DNA of 64,000 nucleotides from an uncultured Gemmatimonadales bacterium (GTDB lineage Bacteria; Gemmatimonadota; Gemmatimonadetes; Gemmatimonadales; GWC2-71-9): NCBI GenBank assembly GCA_963828735.1, contig CAWHFW010000001.1, positions 128,001 to 192,000 of the forward strand, read 5' to 3'. Shown piece by piece: positions 61,822 to 64,000 of this stretch (position 1 is its first letter; each line of letters starts with the position of its first letter). The notes under the pieces were generated by a model. It saw only the letters and a program-made list of their open reading frames with translations, ran no database searches and was not told where the DNA came from. The position numbers and the translations under genes were made by a program.

Positions 61822-62054
61822 CAGAGTTGGGGGTTTGACCGCGAGTGACGGCCGGCTGATCGAGGTGGTTCGATGTGTGTCCATGCAGCGGAGCCGGCGA
61901 CGTTGGTACAGCGTTGTGCCGGATCGGCCGTGGCTTCGCATGCGACGAATCGGCTCTCGTCCGCTACCGGCGGAACGAGGGAGGTGGTCTCGGCGAGCCA
62001 CGGCTGACTGCGGCGCCTTGATGGACGTTTTTCAATAGGAAGGGGAAAAGAAGA

Positions 62055-63761
62055 ATGGCGAAGTTGAAGCTCGAGACGCTGTCCGCGACGATCGCCAAGA
62101 AGAACGCGCAGTGGAAGCCCCGGGGGAACCCTCACGCGTCGTTGAGCGACGGGGAGAAGAGGGCGCTCCTTGGGGTCGAGATCGACAAGGCCGCTCTCGC
62201 GAAGGCGATGAAGCCCGCGAAGCGGGCTGCGGCGGGCGCCGCCGCGGAGGTCGGCAACTTCGCGCCCGCGGTCGACTGGCGCAACCGGAATGGCAACCAC
62301 GTCACGTCCGTGAAGAACCAGAGGCAGTGCGGGTCGTGCGTTTCCTTCTGCACGTGCGCGGTCGTCGAGTCCATGGCCTCGATCGAGAAGGGCGAGCTGC
62401 TCGACTTGTCCGAGGCCGACAGCCACTTCTGCTCGAACCACGGCCCGAGCTGCAACGGCTGGGACGCGGGTGCCGCCTACGCCCAGTTCAAGAGCCGCGG
62501 CGTGCTTCCGGAGTCGGCGTTCGCGTACATGAGCGCGTTCGACAACCCGCCGGTGCAGGATCCCAACCTCCCGCCCGGCTACTGGAAGGCCCACTGCGTG
62601 AACGTCCCGGACCGCTCGAAAGCGGTGAAGATCACCACGACCGGAACCGTGGCGAGCATAGTCGACCGCAAGACATACCTCACGAACGTCGGTCCCTGCT
62701 CCGCCGTCCTGCACGTGTACAACGACTTCTACTCGTATGGCTCAGGCATCTACCACCACGTCAGCGGCGCCGACGTGGGCCTCCACTGCGTCCAGGTGAT
62801 CGGCTACTCGGACGCCGACGGGTGCTGGATCTGCAAGAACTCGTGGGGGACGTCCTGGGGTGACGGCGGCTTCTTCAAGATCGCATACGGCCAGGCGGGG
62901 ATCGACACCGAGTTCCCGTTCTGGACCGCGAGCGGGGTCGTGCTGCCGTCCTTCGTCGGCTGGCACGGCTGGGAGAGCCTCGGCGGATCGATCACGTCGA
63001 AGCCGAGCGCCGTCTCGTGGGGGCCGAACCGCATCGACGTGGTCGCCCGCGGGCTCGACTCGGCCGTGTGGCACCGCTGGTGGGACGGCACGGCCTGGCG
63101 AGGTTGGGAGTCGCTCGGCGGCCTCATCCAGGGTGCCCCCGCGATCTGCTCCCGGGCGAGCGGCCGCCTGGACATGTTCGCCGTCGGGCTCAACCATCAC
63201 CTGTTCCACAAGTGGTTCCAGGGTGGCTGGAGCGCCTGGGAGGACCTGGGTGGCGTCCTCTCGTCCGAGCCCGCGGCCGTCTCCTGTGGGCCGAACCGGA
63301 TCGACGTCTTCGCCAGGGGCATGGACCAGGCGATGTGGCACCTCTGGTGGGACGGCGTCGGCTGGCACGGGTGGGAGAGCCTCGGCGGAGGCCTCAGCTC
63401 TGCTCCCGCAGCGTCGTCATGGGGCGCGAACCGGCTCGACACGTTCGTCCGCGGATACGACATGCACCTCTGGCACAAGTCGTGGAACGGGACCGCATGG
63501 AGCGGTTGGGAGGACCTCAAGGGCGTCCTGTCCGGCGAGCCGGGCGCCGTCTCGTGGGGCCCGAACCGCATCGACGTCTTCTACCCCGGCCAGAACTCGC
63601 ACATGTGGCACCGGTCGTGGAACGGCTCGACGTGGAGTGGCGAGGATGACCTCCTAGGTACCTTGAGCTCCGGTGTCGGTGTCAGCTCGTGGGCGAAGAA
63701 CCGTCTCGACTGCTTCGTCGAGGGGACGGACTCGGCGCTCTACCACAAGGCGTACGCGTGA
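62055..63761 (+). CDS. Papain-family (C1A) cysteine protease fused to six lectin-like beta-propeller repeats
   Basis: [15 protein letters not shown] (Gln, Cys), [10 protein letters not shown] (His), KNSWGTSWG (Asn); C-terminal WESLGG...[13 protein letters not shown] repeats. Confidence 0.92.
   Translation: MAKLKLETLSATIAKKNAQWKPRGNPHASLSDGEKRALLGVEIDKAALAKAMKPAKRAAAGAAAEVGNFAPAVDWRNRNGNHVTSVKNQRQCGSCVSFCTCAVVESMASIEKGELLDLSEADSHFCSNHGPSCNGWDAGAAYAQFKSRGVLPESAFAYMSAFDNPPVQDPNLPPGYWKAHCVNVPDRSKAVKITTTGTVASIVDRKTYLTNVGPCSAVLHVYNDFYSYGSGIYHHVSGADVGLHCVQVIGYSDADGCWICKNSWGTSWGDGGFFKIAYGQAGIDTEFPFWTASGVVLPSFVGWHGWESLGGSITSKPSAVSWGPNRIDVVARGLDSAVWHRWWDGTAWRGWESLGGLIQGAPAICSRASGRLDMFAVGLNHHLFHKWFQGGWSAWEDLGGVLSSEPAAVSCGPNRIDVFARGMDQAMWHLWWDGVGWHGWESLGGGLSSAPAASSWGANRLDTFVRGYDMHLWHKSWNGTAWSGWEDLKGVLSGEPGAVSWGPNRIDVFYPGQNSHMWHRSWNGSTWSGEDDLLGTLSSGVGVSSWAKNRLDCFVEGTDSALYHKAYA
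62961..63758 (+). repeat. Six ~44-45-aa coding tandem repeats (PLL/DUF346-like)
   Basis: Units W-x-G-W-E-S/D-L-G-G...NRIDVF...WH repeated six times. Confidence 0.88.
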
Positions 63762-63775
63762 TCGGATGAGGCCGG

Positions 63776-64000
63776 ATGTCGTCGGATAACGTCGCAGTGA
63801 GAGTCGGAGAGGAGTTCGAGATCCGGCTGCAGGGCAATCCGTCGGCCGGCTACGTCTGGGAACCCGATTCGCTCCCCGAGGGCATCGAGCTCACGGGGAG
63901 CGAGTCCGTTCCACCGGGCCCGGAGAGCCAACCGGGCGATCCGGGCACGCAGGTCTTCCGCTTCCGGTCGCGAGAGCCGGGCGAGAAGCGCGTCGAGTTC
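63776..64000 (+). CDS. Chagasin-family (I42) cysteine protease inhibitor, partial
   Basis: Manual translation MSSDNVAVRVGEEFEIRLQGNPSAGYVW...PGDPGTQVFRF; NPSAGYVW matches the chagasin NP(T/S)xGYxW loop; starts 14 nt after the protease stop. Confidence 0.85.
   Translation, partial: MSSDNVAVRVGEEFEIRLQGNPSAGYVWEPDSLPEGIELTGSESVPPGPESQPGDPGTQVFRFRSREPGEKRVEF

Noticed and set aside
61682..62054. Cobalt/nickel (NiCo) or cobalamin riboswitch controlling the NHase operon
   Set aside because: No consensus elements recognised, and a -10-like TACGCT lies only ~20 nt upstream of the beta coding region, leaving no room for a leader.
60411..62714. 767-aa extended nitrile hydratase alpha subunit
   Set aside because: Only the last ~205 codons are NHase alpha; the rest overlaps the beta gene out of frame and the protease antisense.
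62961..63758. CRISPR-like or non-coding repeat array
   Set aside because: Repeats are degenerate, in frame and conserved at the protein level; no spacers or cas genes.

Overview
High-GC bacterial window that looks like two unrelated genomes joined at about 50082. The left part (1-50082) is an almost entirely minus-strand housekeeping region of a diderm that resembles Gemmatimonadota (taxonomy inferred from protein style and gene order). In transcription order it carries era, trm112-like, a ClpN-CAX fusion, GGDEF, prfB, lysS, lolCE/lolD, mcsA-mcsB-clpC, bamA-skp, the lpx cluster, gdhA, rlmH, a methyltransferase-bshC pair, murJ, uvrC, thrC, larC, a TPR protein, phhA and tRNA-Gly. These are followed by an accessory block (ggt, ATP-grasp ligase, serine hydrolase, copper radical oxidase) and recQ, DUF512, der, plsY, gpsA. 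The right part (50082-64000) resembles Actinomycetota (Thermoleophilia/Gaiellales-like). It has a gatA cut off at the junction, gatC, cspA, folD, tRNA-Cys, small leaderless genes, a frameshifted IS256, a cobalt-type nitrile hydratase operon, and a papain-like protease fused to lectin-like propeller repeats. A chagasin-type inhibitor gene missed by the ORF track follows the protease. Several single-base indels (phhA, cax, IS256) suggest residual long-read errors. The most interesting candidates are the protease-lectin/chagasin pair, the Clp-N domain fused to a Ca2+/H+ exchanger near an mcsAB-clpC module, a candidate N-methyl-bacillithiol pair, and the ATP-grasp/hydrolase/GGT block. No CRISPR array or rRNA was seen.
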